A stretch of 64,000 nucleotides of DNA from an uncultured delta proteobacterium (GTDB lineage: Bacteria; Desulfobacterota; BSN033; UBA1163): NCBI GenBank assembly GCA_963827685.1, contig CAWHBU010000003.1:1088001-1152000 (forward strand), given 5' to 3'. The position numbers were made by a program, and so were the translations under genes. Below, piece by piece: positions 10,505 through 22,472 of this stretch; position 1 is the first letter of the stretch, and each line of letters starts with the position of its first letter. The notes under the pieces were generated by a model, which did no database searches, was not told where the DNA came from, and was given only the letters and a program-made list of their open reading frames with translations.

Positions 10505-12851
10505 AAAAGACCTCTTATCACTTCCGGAATCCCTTCCCCTGCTTCCTGTTAGAGACATCGTGGTCTTTCCCTACATGGTTCTTCCTCTTTTTATCAATCG
10601 GGAAAAATCGATCAAATCTTTAGAGGAAGCCCTTTCTAAAGACCGCCTGATCTTCCTGGTCGCTCAGAAAAAACTCTCCGAAGAAGACCCTTCTCCCAAA
10701 GATCTTTACCGAGTGGGGACGGTGGCCGCCGTCATGAAGATGCTCAAACTGCCTGATGGAAAGGTCAAGATCCTTGTCCAGGGACTCTCCAAGGCTTCCA
10801 TCAAAGAAACCCTCCAGACGACGCCCTATCTCCTTGTCAGAGTAGAGAATATTAAAGATCCTTTCATCACAGAGATCACTCTTGAGACAGAAGCCCTGAT
10901 GAGAAATGTCAGAGAACAATTGGAGCGGATCGTCTCCTACGGCAAACTCCTCTCCCCGGATCTGATGTTCGTCCTCGAAAGTGTCGATGACCCAGGGAGG
11001 TTGGCCGACTTAGTGGCCTCCAACCTGGAACTCACGGTTGAAAAAGCCCAGGAGATTTTAGAAATCCTTGACCCCGTGGAAAGGCTGAAGACATTGAACG
11101 AGCTTCTTGGAAAAGAGGTCCAGGTCCTCACCATGCAAGCCAAGATTCAGTCTCAGGCCAAAGAAGAAATGACCAAAACGCAGAGGGAATATTTTCTTCG
11201 AGAACAGATGAGGGCGATTCGAAGCGAACTGGGTGAGGTGGATGAACGCACAGACGAGATCAAGACCCTCCGGCAGAAGATCAAAAAGTCGAAGATGCCC
11301 AAAGAGGTTGAGAAGGAGGCCCGACGAGAACTGGAGCGATTGGAGCAGATGCATCCCGATGCTGCCGAGGCCTCCATGGTGCGCACTTATCTTGACTGGC
11401 TAATTGAAATGCCCTGGTCAATCGCGACCACGGATAACCTCGATCTTCAAAAGGCAAAAAAAGTCTTGGACGAGGACCATTACGATTTAGAAAAGGTGAA
11501 AGAGCGAATTTTAGAATACCTGAGTGTCCACAAATTGAAAAAAAAGATGAAAGGGCCTATCCTCTGCTTCATCGGACCTCCTGGGGTCGGAAAAACCTCT
11601 TTGGGGAGATCGATCGCCAGAGCCCTGGGAAGAAAATTCGTCAGAATCTCTCTGGGAGGGATTAGAGATGAAGCTGAGATCCGCGGCCACCGTCGGACCT
11701 ACGTCGGTGCTTTGCCAGGCCGGATCATTCAGTCGATTAAGCAGGCCGGAAGTAATAATCCGGTTTTCATGATGGATGAGGTGGATAAAATCGGCATCGA
11801 CTTCCGGGGAGACCCAGCCTCTGCTCTCTTGGAGGTTCTCGATCCAGAACAGAACAACGCCTTTAGTGACCACTATCTCAATGTCCCCTTCGACCTTTCT
11901 CGGGTGATGTTCATCACCACAGGGAATTTGACCGATCCCATCCCCTCTGCTCTCAAAGATCGGATGGAAGTGATTAACCTCCCTGGATACACCGACCTGG
12001 AGAAACTGAAGATCGCACATACCTTTCTCCTCCCTCGGCAGATGGAAGAAAACGGGATCAATCCGAAGATGCTTGAAATTTCTGATAAAGCCATTCTCCA
12101 GATGATCTCGCAATATACTCAGGAGGCAGGCCTTCGCAACCTCGAGAGGGAACTGGCTTCTATTTGCAGAAAAGTGGCCCGGAAAGTTGCGGAAGGAAAG
12201 AAGGAGAAGACCAAAATCAATACAAAGAACCTCCACCAATTCTTGGGACCTCCCCCTTACTTGCCAGATGAAGAACAGAAACGTAATGAGGTCGGTGTGG
12301 CCACAGGCCTGGCTTGGACAGAGAGCGGCGGAGAAATTCTCCATGTGGAGGCCTCTACCACTCCGGGCAAAGGCTCGCTCATCCTCACCGGTCATCTCGG
12401 AGACGTAATGAAAGAGTCAGCACAGGCCGCGCTCACCTATGCTCGATCTAAAGGAAAGTCTTATCGGATCAATCCCAATGCTCTTAACAATAAAGAGATC
12501 CATATTCATGTCCCTGCAGGCGCCATCCCAAAAGACGGACCTTCTGCTGGCATTACTATGGCGGTTGCCATCTTCTCTGCCCTCACGGGTATCGCCGTCA
12601 AGAAGGATGTCGCCATGACGGGCGAGATCACGCTGAGAGGGAGAGTTCTGCCGGTCGGAGGCTTGAAGGAAAAAGCCCTCGCCGCCCTCCGAAACAAAGT
12701 CAAAGATGTCATCATTCCCTATCTGAACAAAAAGGACTTCATCGATCTTCCTTTATACGTCCGAAAGAAAATCAACTTTATCCCCGTCAGACACATGGAC
12801 GAAGTGTTGAAGATCGCCCTAACCAACAAAAGAGTTAAGAGTTCGAGTTAA
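10488..12851 (+). CDS. lon: ATP-dependent Lon protease
   Basis: N-terminal [10 protein letters not shown], Walker A GPPGVGKT, catalytic PKDGPSAG and GGLKEK. Confidence 0.98.
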   Translation: MKKGPEKDLLSLPESLPLLPVRDIVVFPYMVLPLFINREKSIKSLEEALSKDRLIFLVAQKKLSEEDPSPKDLYRVGTVAAVMKMLKLPDGKVKILVQGLSKASIKETLQTTPYLLVRVENIKDPFITEITLETEALMRNVREQLERIVSYGKLLSPDLMFVLESVDDPGRLADLVASNLELTVEKAQEILEILDPVERLKTLNELLGKEVQVLTMQAKIQSQAKEEMTKTQREYFLREQMRAIRSELGEVDERTDEIKTLRQKIKKSKMPKEVEKEARRELERLEQMHPDAAEASMVRTYLDWLIEMPWSIATTDNLDLQKAKKVLDEDHYDLEKVKERILEYLSVHKLKKKMKGPILCFIGPPGVGKTSLGRSIARALGRKFVRISLGGIRDEAEIRGHRRTYVGALPGRIIQSIKQAGSNNPVFMMDEVDKIGIDFRGDPASALLEVLDPEQNNAFSDHYLNVPFDLSRVMFITTGNLTDPIPSALKDRMEVINLPGYTDLEKLKIAHTFLLPRQMEENGINPKMLEISDKAILQMISQYTQEAGLRNLERELASICRKVARKVAEGKKEKTKINTKNLHQFLGPPPYLPDEEQKRNEVGVATGLAWTESGGEILHVEASTTPGKGSLILTGHLGDVMKESAQAALTYARSKGKSYRINPNALNNKEIHIHVPAGAIPKDGPSAGITMAVAIFSALTGIAVKKDVAMTGEITLRGRVLPVGGLKEKALAALRNKVKDVIIPYLNKKDFIDLPLYVRKKINFIPVRHMDEVLKIALTNKRVKSSS

Positions 12852-12861
12852 GCGTTCGGAG

Positions 12862-13878
12862 TTGAAAGTGACTGGAAAAGTCCTTCAGGAAATCGGTGAG
12901 TTCGGGCTCATCGATCGAATCCGAAAAGGAATAACCTCCTCTGATCCTGCATTGGTCCAAGGGATCGGTGATGATGTCGCTGTCGTTGAGGTGGAAAAGA
13001 TGGGGACAAAGGCCTTGCTCGTCACGACCGATATCCTTATCGAAGACATCCATTTTGATCTGTCCTGGACCGATCCTTCCGAGCTTGGAAGGAAAGCCCT
13101 CGCTGTCAACCTCAGTGATATTGCTTCCATGGGAGGGGTTCCAAAATATTTCCTCATCTCCCTCGGCCTGCCGAAGAATCTTTCTCTTTCCTTTGTCTCC
13201 TCGTTTTATCGTGGCCTAAAAAAGGAAGCAAAACGATTTCGGGTGGAACTGATTGGAGGAGATACCTCCCTTTCTAAGAAAATCGTCATCAACATCTGCC
13301 TCTTAGGCGAAGGAAGAAAAAAAGATCTCCTTTTCAGGAGAGGGGCAAGGGTGGGTGATGACCTCTTTGTCTCCGGGACGCTGGGCGATGCCGCTCTGGG
13401 ACTAAAAATTCTCCAAAAGAAAGGAAAAATAAAGGGAGCTGAAGGATTGATCAGAAAACATCTCTCTCCCTGCCCAAGAGTCGAACTGGGTCAAGCGATT
13501 GCCAAACGTCATTGGGCTACCGCCATGATCGATGTCAGTGACGGTTTGTTGATCGATACCTCTCATCTCTCACAAGAGAGCGGGGTTGGCGTCCGGGTCT
13601 GGGAGGGTAGAATTCCTCTTTCCAAGCTCTATCAGAAATGGATCCGTTATTGGTCAAAGGATCCTTTTCAACTCGCCCTTTCGGGAGGAGAGGACTATGA
13701 ACTCCTTTTCACCGCCCCGCCTGAAATGAGGGAGAGGATTTCTTCTCTCGCCCGTTCACTCAGGATCCCGATCACCCGTATCGGAGAAATTCTTCCTATC
13801 AAAGAGGGACTTCGCATTATCAAAGAAGACGGAAAAGATTATTCCCCGTCTCGTTTTGGGTTTGAACATTTCAAATAA
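12862..13878 (+). CDS. thiL: Thiamine-monophosphate kinase
   Basis: GEFGLI, GIGDDVA, NLSDIASMG, GGDT, DVSDGL, GGEDYELLF. Confidence 0.96.
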   Translation: MKVTGKVLQEIGEFGLIDRIRKGITSSDPALVQGIGDDVAVVEVEKMGTKALLVTTDILIEDIHFDLSWTDPSELGRKALAVNLSDIASMGGVPKYFLISLGLPKNLSLSFVSSFYRGLKKEAKRFRVELIGGDTSLSKKIVINICLLGEGRKKDLLFRRGARVGDDLFVSGTLGDAALGLKILQKKGKIKGAEGLIRKHLSPCPRVELGQAIAKRHWATAMIDVSDGLLIDTSHLSQESGVGVRVWEGRIPLSKLYQKWIRYWSKDPFQLALSGGEDYELLFTAPPEMRERISSLARSLRIPITRIGEILPIKEGLRIIKEDGKDYSPSRFGFEHFK

Positions 13879-14043
13879 ATTTCAGGAGACGATGAAATTT
13901 AGGGATTTAGGAATCCCGATATAATCAGGTCATTGGGGTTGCTTGTGTTGCTTGAGTTCCTTGGGTTGACTCAATAACCCAATAAACTCAGCTGACTCAA
14001 CAAACCTCTAAATTCTAACCAATGTTTTAAGCAGGGGAAGCCG

Positions 14044-15045
14044 ATGAAAACCTATATCAACGATATCAAAGAGAATGATCAAGTCGAATCCCTCTTTCTG
14101 GTTAAAGAGAAATCTTCTGGGATCACCAAAACTGGAAACACCTACCTGAAATTGAAATTGGTGGACCGCTCTGGAGAAATGGAAGGTAGGATTTGGACAC
14201 TTGCGGAAAACTTCGCTGAACGCTTTGAGAGGGATGATTTTGTCCATCTGACGGGAAAGGCAGTCTCCTTTCAGGAGCACCTTCAATTGAACATCACCCA
14301 TATTGAAAGAGTAAGGGAAGAAGAAATTCTTTTTTCAGACTTCTTCCCCGTGGCAGAAAAAGATATTGACGAGATGTTCCAATCCCTTTTAGAAGCCAGC
14401 CGGCAGATTGAGAACCCGCACCTCAGCCGACTTCTCCAGCTCTTCTGGGAAGATGAATCCTTTGTCAAGCTTTTCAAAATGGCCCCTGCGTCCAAGTGGC
14501 TCCATCACAATTATTTGGGGGGCCTCTTAGAACACACCCTGTCCCTGGTACAACTGGCATTAATAAACGCCAGCCATTACAATGGGTTGAACTTGGACCT
14601 TTTGCTCACAGCCTCCATCCTACACGACCTGGGTAAAGTGGATGAACTCTCTTACCACCGATCCTTCGACTATTCAGATGAAGGTAGACTCCTCGGCCAT
14701 ATTATCCTCGGGATAGAAAGGGTGGAGGATAAAATCCGCCAACTCCCTGATTTTCCAACGGACCTTTCCATGCTGCTAAAGCACTTCCTCCTCAGCCACC
14801 ATGGTCAATATATGTGGGGCTCACCAAAAAGGCCGATGACCTTGGAAGCGGTGATGCTCCATTTCCTGGATGATATGGATGCAAAAATTAATGGGATTCA
14901 ACAATTTATTAAAAAACAGGTTCCAGAGGGATCCAGGTGGAGCGCCTACCACCGTACATTTGAGCAATATTTTTATGTGCCCGGTTTTGGGGATCAGATG
15001 GAACCACCCGATAAGATTGAGAAAAACAAATTAGAAGAGGAATGA
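14044..15045 (+). CDS. YhaM/Cbf1-like OB-fold plus HD-domain 3'-5' exoribonuclease
   Basis: N-terminal OB fold; HHNYLGGLLEHT, LHDLGK, SHHG, DDMDAK. Confidence 0.88.
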   Translation: MKTYINDIKENDQVESLFLVKEKSSGITKTGNTYLKLKLVDRSGEMEGRIWTLAENFAERFERDDFVHLTGKAVSFQEHLQLNITHIERVREEEILFSDFFPVAEKDIDEMFQSLLEASRQIENPHLSRLLQLFWEDESFVKLFKMAPASKWLHHNYLGGLLEHTLSLVQLALINASHYNGLNLDLLLTASILHDLGKVDELSYHRSFDYSDEGRLLGHIILGIERVEDKIRQLPDFPTDLSMLLKHFLLSHHGQYMWGSPKRPMTLEAVMLHFLDDMDAKINGIQQFIKKQVPEGSRWSAYHRTFEQYFYVPGFGDQMEPPDKIEKNKLEEE

Positions 15046-15062
15046 TTGAATCTCTCATTTTC

Positions 15063-15091
15063 TTGACAAACCGTCCCTCCGTTATTATCTT
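15063..15091 (+). promoter_or_regulatory. Putative sigma70 promoter of the hrcA operon
   Basis: TTGACA-17 nt-TATCTT. Confidence 0.5.
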
Positions 15092-15164
15092 AAGAGCACG
15101 AAAAGAATTATATTTTAGGCATTTCGTTCTGGCTTATTTAGCTTAAGAAAAGGAGAAAGATCAG

Positions 15165-16199
15165 ATGGGTTTTTCCCTTTCCGAAAGAATGAGGCGGATC
15201 TTAGAGGCTATTATTGAGGATTACATTCTCACGGCAGAACCTGTGGGTTCAAGGACGATTTCTAAAAAATCGGACCTCAACCTTAGCCCTGCGACCATAC
15301 GGAATATTATGTCGGACTTGGAGGAGTTGGGTTTACTTTCTCAACCTTACACCTCAGCGGGGAGGATGCCCACGGAGAGGGGACTTCGCTTTTACGTCGA
15401 TTCCATTATCAATATCCACGAACTCAGTAATCAGGAACAACAGGAGATACGATCCAAATATTTGAGTCCTCTTATGGAGGGGCCAGATCTTTTCAGGGAG
15501 ACCTCTCGAATCCTTTCCTTATCCTCTCATTATTTAGGAATTGTCTGGACACCCCGGATGAGCTCGGTCGTGCTGCGACATATTGAGTTTGTGAAATTGA
15601 GAAGACATTTGGTTCTGGCTATTTTAGTGAGCACAACGGGTTTGGTTCACAATCGGATTATCGAAGTAGAGGAAGATTTTTCGCAATCCGAATTAGACGA
15701 TCTCTCAGATTATTTGAATAGTTTTTTGGCGGGCCTCACCCTTTATCAGGTGAGAGACAAACTCCTGGAGCAGATGAGGGTAGCCAAAAATGCTTACGAT
15801 CGTCTGCTTGAACAGGCGCTCAAATTGGGAGAAAAAGCCTTTTCCTCCCTCGATGACACCGATGTTTTTATCGAGGGAAAGACAAATATCCTGAATGAGC
15901 CTGAGTTCAGTAATGTTTCGAGAATGACCGATCTCTTTCGGACGTTTGAGGAAAAAGCCACCATGGTGAAGCTCTTGGATAAATTTTTGGATCCGAAAGG
16001 GGTCCAAATTGCAATCGGCTCTGAGAGTCAGGTTCAGGAAATGGAAACCTGCAGTGTGGTCACCTCTACTTATGGTTGTAGTGGAGAGGTATTGGGTGTT
16101 TTAGGGGTTATCGGGCCTCGGAGAATGAACTATTCGAAAGTGATCCCTCTGGTAGGATATACGGCTAAACTTCTCACGGAGATCCTGGAGACACAATAG
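15165..16199 (+). CDS. hrcA: Heat-inducible transcription repressor
   Basis: EPVGSRT, SPATIRNIMSDLEELG, PYTSAGRMPT, GVIGPRRMNY. Confidence 0.97.
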   Translation: MGFSLSERMRRILEAIIEDYILTAEPVGSRTISKKSDLNLSPATIRNIMSDLEELGLLSQPYTSAGRMPTERGLRFYVDSIINIHELSNQEQQEIRSKYLSPLMEGPDLFRETSRILSLSSHYLGIVWTPRMSSVVLRHIEFVKLRRHLVLAILVSTTGLVHNRIIEVEEDFSQSELDDLSDYLNSFLAGLTLYQVRDKLLEQMRVAKNAYDRLLEQALKLGEKAFSSLDDTDVFIEGKTNILNEPEFSNVSRMTDLFRTFEEKATMVKLLDKFLDPKGVQIAIGSESQVQEMETCSVVTSTYGCSGEVLGVLGVIGPRRMNYSKVIPLVGYTAKLLTEILETQ

Positions 16200-16292
16200 A
16201 TTTCCCTCTCCATTGAGCCCTATCTTCTTGTGAAAGAATTATTTCTAAGGGAAAAAGGATCCTGAATCGAGGCAAAGGCAGGAGTAGAAAAG

Positions 16293-16922
16293 ATGGAGAA
16301 AAGAGAGATTAAGAAAAGGGATCAAAACCAAAAGGGATCGGCAAAGAAAGACCAGGAAGATATCATCGAGACCATTGGTGAAGAGCTCCATTTACACTTA
16401 GAGGAAGAAAGTCAAGAGAAAGAAAAGGAGATTGAAGAACTTAAAACGATGTTGGAGGAGAAGGAAAAAGAGTTCAAGGAACATCATGACCGCTTGCTCA
16501 GGCTGGCAGCCGATTTTGAGAACTATAAAAAGAGGACGGCCAGAGAAAAAGAGGATTGGGGCAAATTTGCCAATGAAGATTTGATCAGGGCGATTCTCCC
16601 TTTCATCGATAATCTGGAGAGGGCACTCGATCACGCCCAAAAGGTAGCGGACACGGGGGTCTTGATCGAAGGAGTTCGATTGACCATTCAACAACTTCTT
16701 CAGACCCTTAACAAATTTGGACTTTCTTCTTTCCAATCTGTTGGAAAGCCCTTCGATCCGGCCGTGCACGAGGCGATGTTGGTCGTGGAAACAGACAAAC
16801 ATGAACCCAATCAAGTTGTGGAAGAGTTCCAGAAGGGCTACCTATTGAACGATCGACTCTTGCGGCCGGCAACCGTTTCCGTGTCGAAAGCCTCGGAAAA
16901 AGAGGTCCAGACATCGAAATGA
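16293..16922 (+). CDS. grpE: Nucleotide exchange factor GrpE
   Basis: LRLAADFENYKKR, FDPAVHEAM, KGYLLNDRLLRPA. Confidence 0.97.
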   Translation: MEKREIKKRDQNQKGSAKKDQEDIIETIGEELHLHLEEESQEKEKEIEELKTMLEEKEKEFKEHHDRLLRLAADFENYKKRTAREKEDWGKFANEDLIRAILPFIDNLERALDHAQKVADTGVLIEGVRLTIQQLLQTLNKFGLSSFQSVGKPFDPAVHEAMLVVETDKHEPNQVVEEFQKGYLLNDRLLRPATVSVSKASEKEVQTSK

Positions 16923-16927
16923 TTTTG

Positions 16928-17033
16928 AATTTACCCCGTTAGAAATTCCAACGGGGCAGGTAGGCGTAATTATTCTAAAATCTAACTAACCCCACTGCAG
17001 AGCAGCAGGGCATTATTTCTAACGGGGTAAATT
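16928..17033. repeat. MITE-like element with 19-bp perfect terminal inverted repeats
   Basis: AATTTACCCCGTTAGAAAT (16928-16946) and ATTTCTAACGGGGTAAATT (17015-17033), between grpE and dnaK. Confidence 0.75.
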
Positions 17034-17052
17034 TTAAGGAGGGGAAATTAAA

Positions 17053-18969
17053 ATGGCAAAGACAATAGGAATTGATTTGGGAACAACCAACTCAGTGGTG
17101 GCCATCATGGAGGGAGGGGATCCCGTCGTTATCGCCAATCAGGAAGGGAGCCGGACGACTCCTTCTGTTGTCGCCTTTACCGATAAAGGCGAAAGGGTAG
17201 TAGGGCAAATTGCTAAACGTCAAGCAATTACCAACTCTGAGAATACCATCTTTTCAATCAAACGATTGATGGGAAGAAAATACTCGGACCCTGAGGTTCA
17301 GAAAGATTTGAAGATCCTTCCCTATAAAATTGTGGAAAATAAGAATGGGGATGCGTGGGTCAGGGTAAGGGATAAGGAGTATAGCCCCCCTGAAATCTCT
17401 GCTTTCGTCCTCCAGAAGATGAAGGAGACAGCCGAAGCCTATCTCGGCGAGAAGGTGACGGATGCTGTGATTACTGTTCCAGCTTATTTTAATGATAGTC
17501 AGCGTCAGGCCACGAAGGACGCAGGACGGATCGCAGGCTTGAATGTCATTCGGATCATCAATGAACCAACGGCTGCTTCCCTCGCCTATGGTCTCGAAAA
17601 GAAGAAGGATGAAAAGATTGCTGTCTTCGACTTAGGGGGTGGAACTTTTGACATTTCCATTCTCGAGTTGGGCGAAGGCGTCTTCGAGGTCAAATCGACC
17701 AATGGGAATACCCATCTGGGTGGAGATGATTTTGACCAACGTGTCATCGACTATTTAGCGGACGAGTTTAGAAAAGATCAGGGGATTGATCTGAGAAAAG
17801 ATCGGATGGCCCTTCAAAGGTTAAAAGAGGCTGCTGAAAAAGCAAAGATTGAACTCTCCAACATGATGGAGACAGACATCAATCTGCCCTTCATCACTGC
17901 CGACGCCTCAGGACCGAAGCATCTGAACATGAAATTGACCCGGGCCAAATTGGAAAAATTGACGGAGGATCTCATTGAAATGGTTGAAGGGCCATGCCGA
18001 CAGGCCGTTGCCGATTCTGGAATTGCAGGCAGGGACATCGATGAGGTCATTCTCGTTGGCGGGATGACCCGGATGCCTAAAGTTCAGGAGAAGGTGAAGC
18101 AAATCTTTGGGAAAGAGCCCAATAAGAGCGTTAACCCTGATGAGGCCGTAGGCATTGGCGCTGCAATTCAGGCTGGGGTCCTGAAGGGTGAGGTGAAGGA
18201 TGTGCTCCTCTTGGATGTCACCCCGCTCTCCCTTGGGATCGAGACACTCGGTGGAGTCTTTACCAAATTGATTGAAAGGAACACTACCATTCCATCGAAG
18301 AAGAGTCAGATCTTTTCAACCGCATCGGATAGCCAACCTGCGGTGACGATTCATGTCCTCCAGGGAGAACGAGAGATGGCCGCGGATAATAAAACTCTCG
18401 GCCAATTTGAACTGGTAGGGATTCCGCCCGCTCCCCGAGGTATTCCCCAGATCGAGGTCGCTTTTGATATTGATGCTAACGGAATCGTTCATGTCTCGGC
18501 AAAGGACCTTGGAACGGGTAAAGAACAATCCATAAAAATTACTGCTTCCAGTGGTCTCAACGAAGACGATATCAAAAAGATGGTCAAAGATGCCGAGGCC
18601 CATGCGTCAGAAGATAAGAAGAGACGGGAGCTTGCTGAAGCGAGAAACCAGCTCGATACGCTTATCTATTCGACCGAAAAATCCTTGAAGGAATACGGCG
18701 ATAAGGTCGATTCCGGAGAGAAACAGAATATCGAAGAGGCGGTGGCCAAAGCGAAAAAGGCGATGGAATTGAACGATCTGAGCGCCATCAAATCTGCCCA
18801 GGAAGAGCTCACCCGTTCTTCCCACAAATTGGCAGAGGCCATGTATGCCAAGGCTTCTCAAAAAGGAGCGGCCGGACCCGGTGCTGAGGCCGGCCCTCAG
18901 GAAGGTCCCCGACAAAAGACACAAGAAGATGTGGTCGATGCCGATTTCGAGGATGTGGGGAAGAAGTAA
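17053..18969 (+). CDS. dnaK: Chaperone DnaK
   Basis: [26 protein letters not shown] tail. Confidence 0.99.
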   Translation: MAKTIGIDLGTTNSVVAIMEGGDPVVIANQEGSRTTPSVVAFTDKGERVVGQIAKRQAITNSENTIFSIKRLMGRKYSDPEVQKDLKILPYKIVENKNGDAWVRVRDKEYSPPEISAFVLQKMKETAEAYLGEKVTDAVITVPAYFNDSQRQATKDAGRIAGLNVIRIINEPTAASLAYGLEKKKDEKIAVFDLGGGTFDISILELGEGVFEVKSTNGNTHLGGDDFDQRVIDYLADEFRKDQGIDLRKDRMALQRLKEAAEKAKIELSNMMETDINLPFITADASGPKHLNMKLTRAKLEKLTEDLIEMVEGPCRQAVADSGIAGRDIDEVILVGGMTRMPKVQEKVKQIFGKEPNKSVNPDEAVGIGAAIQAGVLKGEVKDVLLLDVTPLSLGIETLGGVFTKLIERNTTIPSKKSQIFSTASDSQPAVTIHVLQGEREMAADNKTLGQFELVGIPPAPRGIPQIEVAFDIDANGIVHVSAKDLGTGKEQSIKITASSGLNEDDIKKMVKDAEAHASEDKKRRELAEARNQLDTLIYSTEKSLKEYGDKVDSGEKQNIEEAVAKAKKAMELNDLSAIKSAQEELTRSSHKLAEAMYAKASQKGAAGPGAEAGPQEGPRQKTQEDVVDADFEDVGKK

Positions 18970-18990
18970 CATATTTTGATTTCTTTCTTA

Positions 18991-19023
18991 AAAAGGGCGA
19001 GGCGAAAACCCTCGCCCTTTTTT
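18991..19023 (+). terminator. Intrinsic terminator after dnaK
   Basis: AAAAGGGCGAGG-loop-CCTCGCCCTTTT followed by a T run. Confidence 0.85.
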
Positions 19024-19407
19024 ATTTCACATCCCCTATCCTATTCATCATCCCTTTTTGGCTTGTCATCTCTCATGGATTCCCGTTTACAAGCCTGCGC
19101 GCAAGCACGAGAATGAGAGAATTGATGAAGTATACAGGTAGATTTGATTTTGTCGCATGATGGTGATAGATTCAAAAGCGTTCAAACTGAAATTTTTTTT
19201 CTCACATTAAAAAAGCCTTCCTAAGATCTCCCCTCCCCGGACGGGAGGGGATGAAGGGGAGGGGGAATTAAATTATTTTTGTCCACCCCCACCGTCCGGC
19301 GCCATAGTCTCAGTACTGACCTTGGCGTCATTGTGACGGCTCTGGACGGCGGCGCCCCTACCCTTCCCCATCAAGGGGGAGGGTATAAACAACAGGGGGA
19401 AGATGAG

Positions 19408-20325
19408 ATGTGGAATTTTTTTGAAAAATTAAAAACGGGTCTTTCTAAAACCCATCAGGGGTTTGTCGAAAAGATCGATCAGCTCTTTCTGGGGAAAAAG
19501 ACGATCGATCAGGAACTCTTGGACGGATTGGAAGGTCTTCTTTTCGAAGCGGATTTGGGCGTAAAGACGTCTCATCAATTAATAGAGGGGGTAAACCAGG
19601 GGCTCAAAAGAGGAGCGCTGCAGGAACCTGAAAAGGTAAAAGAGTATATTAAACAAGAGATCCTGCGGATCCTAAAATCAGGAGAGAAGCCTCTTTCCAT
19701 CGACTTCTCCCGGACGAAACCATTCGTCTTTATGGTGGTCGGAGTCAATGGCGGTGGAAAGACGACCACCATCGGAAAGATTGCCTACCAATATTCATCG
19801 CAAGGGAAAAAGGTTCTGGTCGGGGCTGCGGATACCTTCAGGGCTGCTGCGGTCGAGCAGCTTGAGATCTGGGCAAATCGAGCCGGAGCCGATCTGATCA
19901 AACAATCCAAAGGATCGGATCCTTCCGCTGTGGCATTCGATTCCGTCCATGCCGCCAGGGCCAGAGATATCGATCTTGTCTTCATCGATACAGCAGGGAG
20001 ACTCCATACCAAAGTCAATCTCATGGAAGAGTTGAAGAAGGTGAAACGGATTGTCGGGAGAGAATGTCCGGGGGCGCCTCATGAGATCCTCCTCGTCCTT
20101 GACGCCACGACAGGCCAGAACGCCATCTCTCAGGCGAAACTCTTCAACGAAGCCATCGGTGTGACAGGCATCGCTCTGACCAAATTGGATGGAACAGCCA
20201 AAGGAGGAATCATTGTCGGAATCACAGAAGAGCTGAAAATTCCAATCCGATACATCGGCGTGGGAGAAGGGATCGATGACCTCAAGAAATTTAACGCTAC
20301 CGAATTTGTCCAGGCATTATTTTGA
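19408..20325 (+). CDS. ftsY: SRP receptor FtsY
   Basis: [32 protein letters not shown]; start moved to MWNFFEK because the upstream extension lies in a repeat. Confidence 0.97.
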   Translation: MWNFFEKLKTGLSKTHQGFVEKIDQLFLGKKTIDQELLDGLEGLLFEADLGVKTSHQLIEGVNQGLKRGALQEPEKVKEYIKQEILRILKSGEKPLSIDFSRTKPFVFMVVGVNGGGKTTTIGKIAYQYSSQGKKVLVGAADTFRAAAVEQLEIWANRAGADLIKQSKGSDPSAVAFDSVHAARARDIDLVFIDTAGRLHTKVNLMEELKKVKRIVGRECPGAPHEILLVLDATTGQNAISQAKLFNEAIGVTGIALTKLDGTAKGGIIVGITEELKIPIRYIGVGEGIDDLKKFNATEFVQALF

Positions 20326-20513
20326 GAAATTCGTCTTTCGAGTTCTCGACAAAATCGATAGGCAAAGATAAAGGCACCCGAGCTCGCCAATTTCAAAATA
20401 CATCTCTTTTTACCGGAAAATACCGTTTCCACCCTATTCATTCCGTCGAAAAACTTTCATAAGTTTGCATTGAAGGACCTATTTCTGCGGCCGAAGGCTC
20501 ATTTTCGTCTTGA

Positions 20514-21272
20514 TTGCATAGAGCCATGGTGACGGGTGATCATATGGAGACCCGATCAGAATTCGCCGGAAAAACGAAACATATCAAATCTTATTTCATT
20601 TCGGCTTTACTCTTAATTATTTGTCTGCTGGTGGGTTGTGTCCATGCCCTGGCACCCTCTCGCCCAAACAGTTGGGTTCATACTCCGATTGATATGAAAT
20701 CGGTTGCTGATCCCCCAGACCAACCCCTGCTCCAGGTGATCATCGTTTACGGGCCGGCATGGGATCACCACTCAGCTTTACGATTGATCTGTCCCAGTCG
20801 GCCGGTTCTGTTTTGGGACCCCGGCGGTGGTTATGGCGTTGATCTTCCAGAGGATGTGAGAAGCAGGGATCTGATACGCATCAACCCGCCCGACCTTGAA
20901 ACGTACTTACAGCATATCTGGCATTTTAGCAGCTTAGAGGTGGAGGTCTTCGAATGGGATCTGAAACCGGAAGAAGCCCGTGAATTGTACGATGTCCTCC
21001 TCAACGGAACTGATAAAAATCACCCTTCGAGTCGGTTCACGACGACGACCATCGGGTTGTTTTGCAGTGTGGCGATTAGCGATTTTTTACACCGTTTTGC
21101 CAGTAAGACCCTGACCGTTCCCAAATCTTTCTTCCTCCCAGAACATCTGGCCCGCGTGCTGTATACCCAGTCACCCAAGCGCGTGCTGGCATTTCGTCGT
21201 GGTAAACAGACCGCCTATTTCCCTCCTGGGATGACTTCGGGCGATTCTCATTCATCTCGTATTCTTAAGTAA
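20514..21272 (+). CDS. Hypothetical exported or lipoprotein
   Basis: Hydrophobic segment ending LLVGC; long ORF; start uncertain. Confidence 0.6.
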   Translation: MHRAMVTGDHMETRSEFAGKTKHIKSYFISALLLIICLLVGCVHALAPSRPNSWVHTPIDMKSVADPPDQPLLQVIIVYGPAWDHHSALRLICPSRPVLFWDPGGGYGVDLPEDVRSRDLIRINPPDLETYLQHIWHFSSLEVEVFEWDLKPEEARELYDVLLNGTDKNHPSSRFTTTTIGLFCSVAISDFLHRFASKTLTVPKSFFLPEHLARVLYTQSPKRVLAFRRGKQTAYFPPGMTSGDSHSSRILK

Positions 21273-21550
21273 CTATGCCATTGTTGTTCCAAACAAAAAG
21301 CAACTTCTTCTCCATTTTCCCTTAGGTTCAAAATTTTTCTAAGACGTGGTAAGATATTTTTAATTGAGGAAAGTAGGTGACCAGCCAGTTTAAGAACTCA
21401 TGGAACTGGAACAAAAAGTTAAGGTCTTTGATCTCCTATAGGCTGTGAAACATGATGCGTGGAGTAGGTTAATAAAGGAATTGAAACTTGTTATAGTGTG
21501 AGACCCGATCCTCTTATACTGTCGAACTGTTAGATCTGAAAAAGACGGGC

Positions 21551-22249
21551 ATGAAAATGTTGCATTGGTGGCCGATCTTTCCACAGAAACGACAAATGAA
21601 GATTCCATTTCTTATCCGCTTGCTCCTCTTTTTCTTCCTCATAACGGGGCTTGTTCAATCTATCAACGCTGAACAACCCGACTACCTTTCACCCTTAGAA
21701 AAAGCGATTGTCCGTGAGATAAACATAGCAAGGATGAATCCCAAAGGCTACGCTTCTTTTCTTGGAAAATGGAAGCCGTACTATGATGGGAAGCTACTCA
21801 AAATTCCCGGCGAGACGATCCACATGACCAAAGAGGGAGTGACCGCAGTCAATGAAGCAATCGGCTCTATGCGTTCTATGAATCCAGCCCCTCGACTCAC
21901 CCCATCGAAAGGCATGTCCCGGGGAGCAAAGGATCATGTGAAGGATCAAGATTCATCAGGTTCCAGCCAACACAAGGGCAGTGATGGAAGTCAGCCTTGG
22001 GATAGAGTAAATCGCTATGGGACTTGGGAGAAAAGCATAGGTGAGAATATATTCTATGGCAGTGACAAAGCTCAAAATATTGTTATGGGTTTAATCATAG
22101 ACGATGGCGTTCCAGGTCGCGGACACAGAAAAAATATCTTCGGCCCAGACTTTCATGTTATTGGAGTTGCCTGTGGTCACCCTGGTACTTTCAGGACTGT
22201 TTGTGTCATTACTTTTGCGGGAGGATATAAGGAGAAAAGCGGGAAATAA
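21551..22249 (+). CDS. CAP (SCP) domain exported protein
   Basis: INIAR, AKDHVKD, GENI, DDGVPGRGHRKNI; start probably downstream of 21551. Confidence 0.85.
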   Translation: MKMLHWWPIFPQKRQMKIPFLIRLLLFFFLITGLVQSINAEQPDYLSPLEKAIVREINIARMNPKGYASFLGKWKPYYDGKLLKIPGETIHMTKEGVTAVNEAIGSMRSMNPAPRLTPSKGMSRGAKDHVKDQDSSGSSQHKGSDGSQPWDRVNRYGTWEKSIGENIFYGSDKAQNIVMGLIIDDGVPGRGHRKNIFGPDFHVIGVACGHPGTFRTVCVITFAGGYKEKSGK

Positions 22250-22281
22250 ACCCGGATGTTGCTAAAAAGGCGAGGCATGTG

Positions 22282-22447
22282 AACCCCGGACAAGCTGGTC
22301 GAAAAGGCTTCGAGGCGAACCTTCTAGCAAACCGGCACCCGCGAGCCGTCTCGTTATCAGAGATCACTTGATGTCAATTCTTTCTATTTCCTCTAAATCT
22401 CGCAAAAACCGCCATTCGAAGCCTTGAAGAGCGGTTTGTCCGGGGTT
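22282..22447. repeat. MITE-like inverted-repeat element
   Basis: AACCCCGGACAA / TTGTCCGGGGTT termini; internal AAGGCTTCGA / TCGAAGCCTT. Confidence 0.6.
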
Positions 22448-22472
22448 ATTTCTGCAACCGGCAGGTAGAGAA

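Noticed and set aside
11511-12395. Long antisense ORFs inside lon (and 39191-40132 inside the acyl-CoA synthetase)
   Set aside because: Typical antisense shadows of conserved genes.
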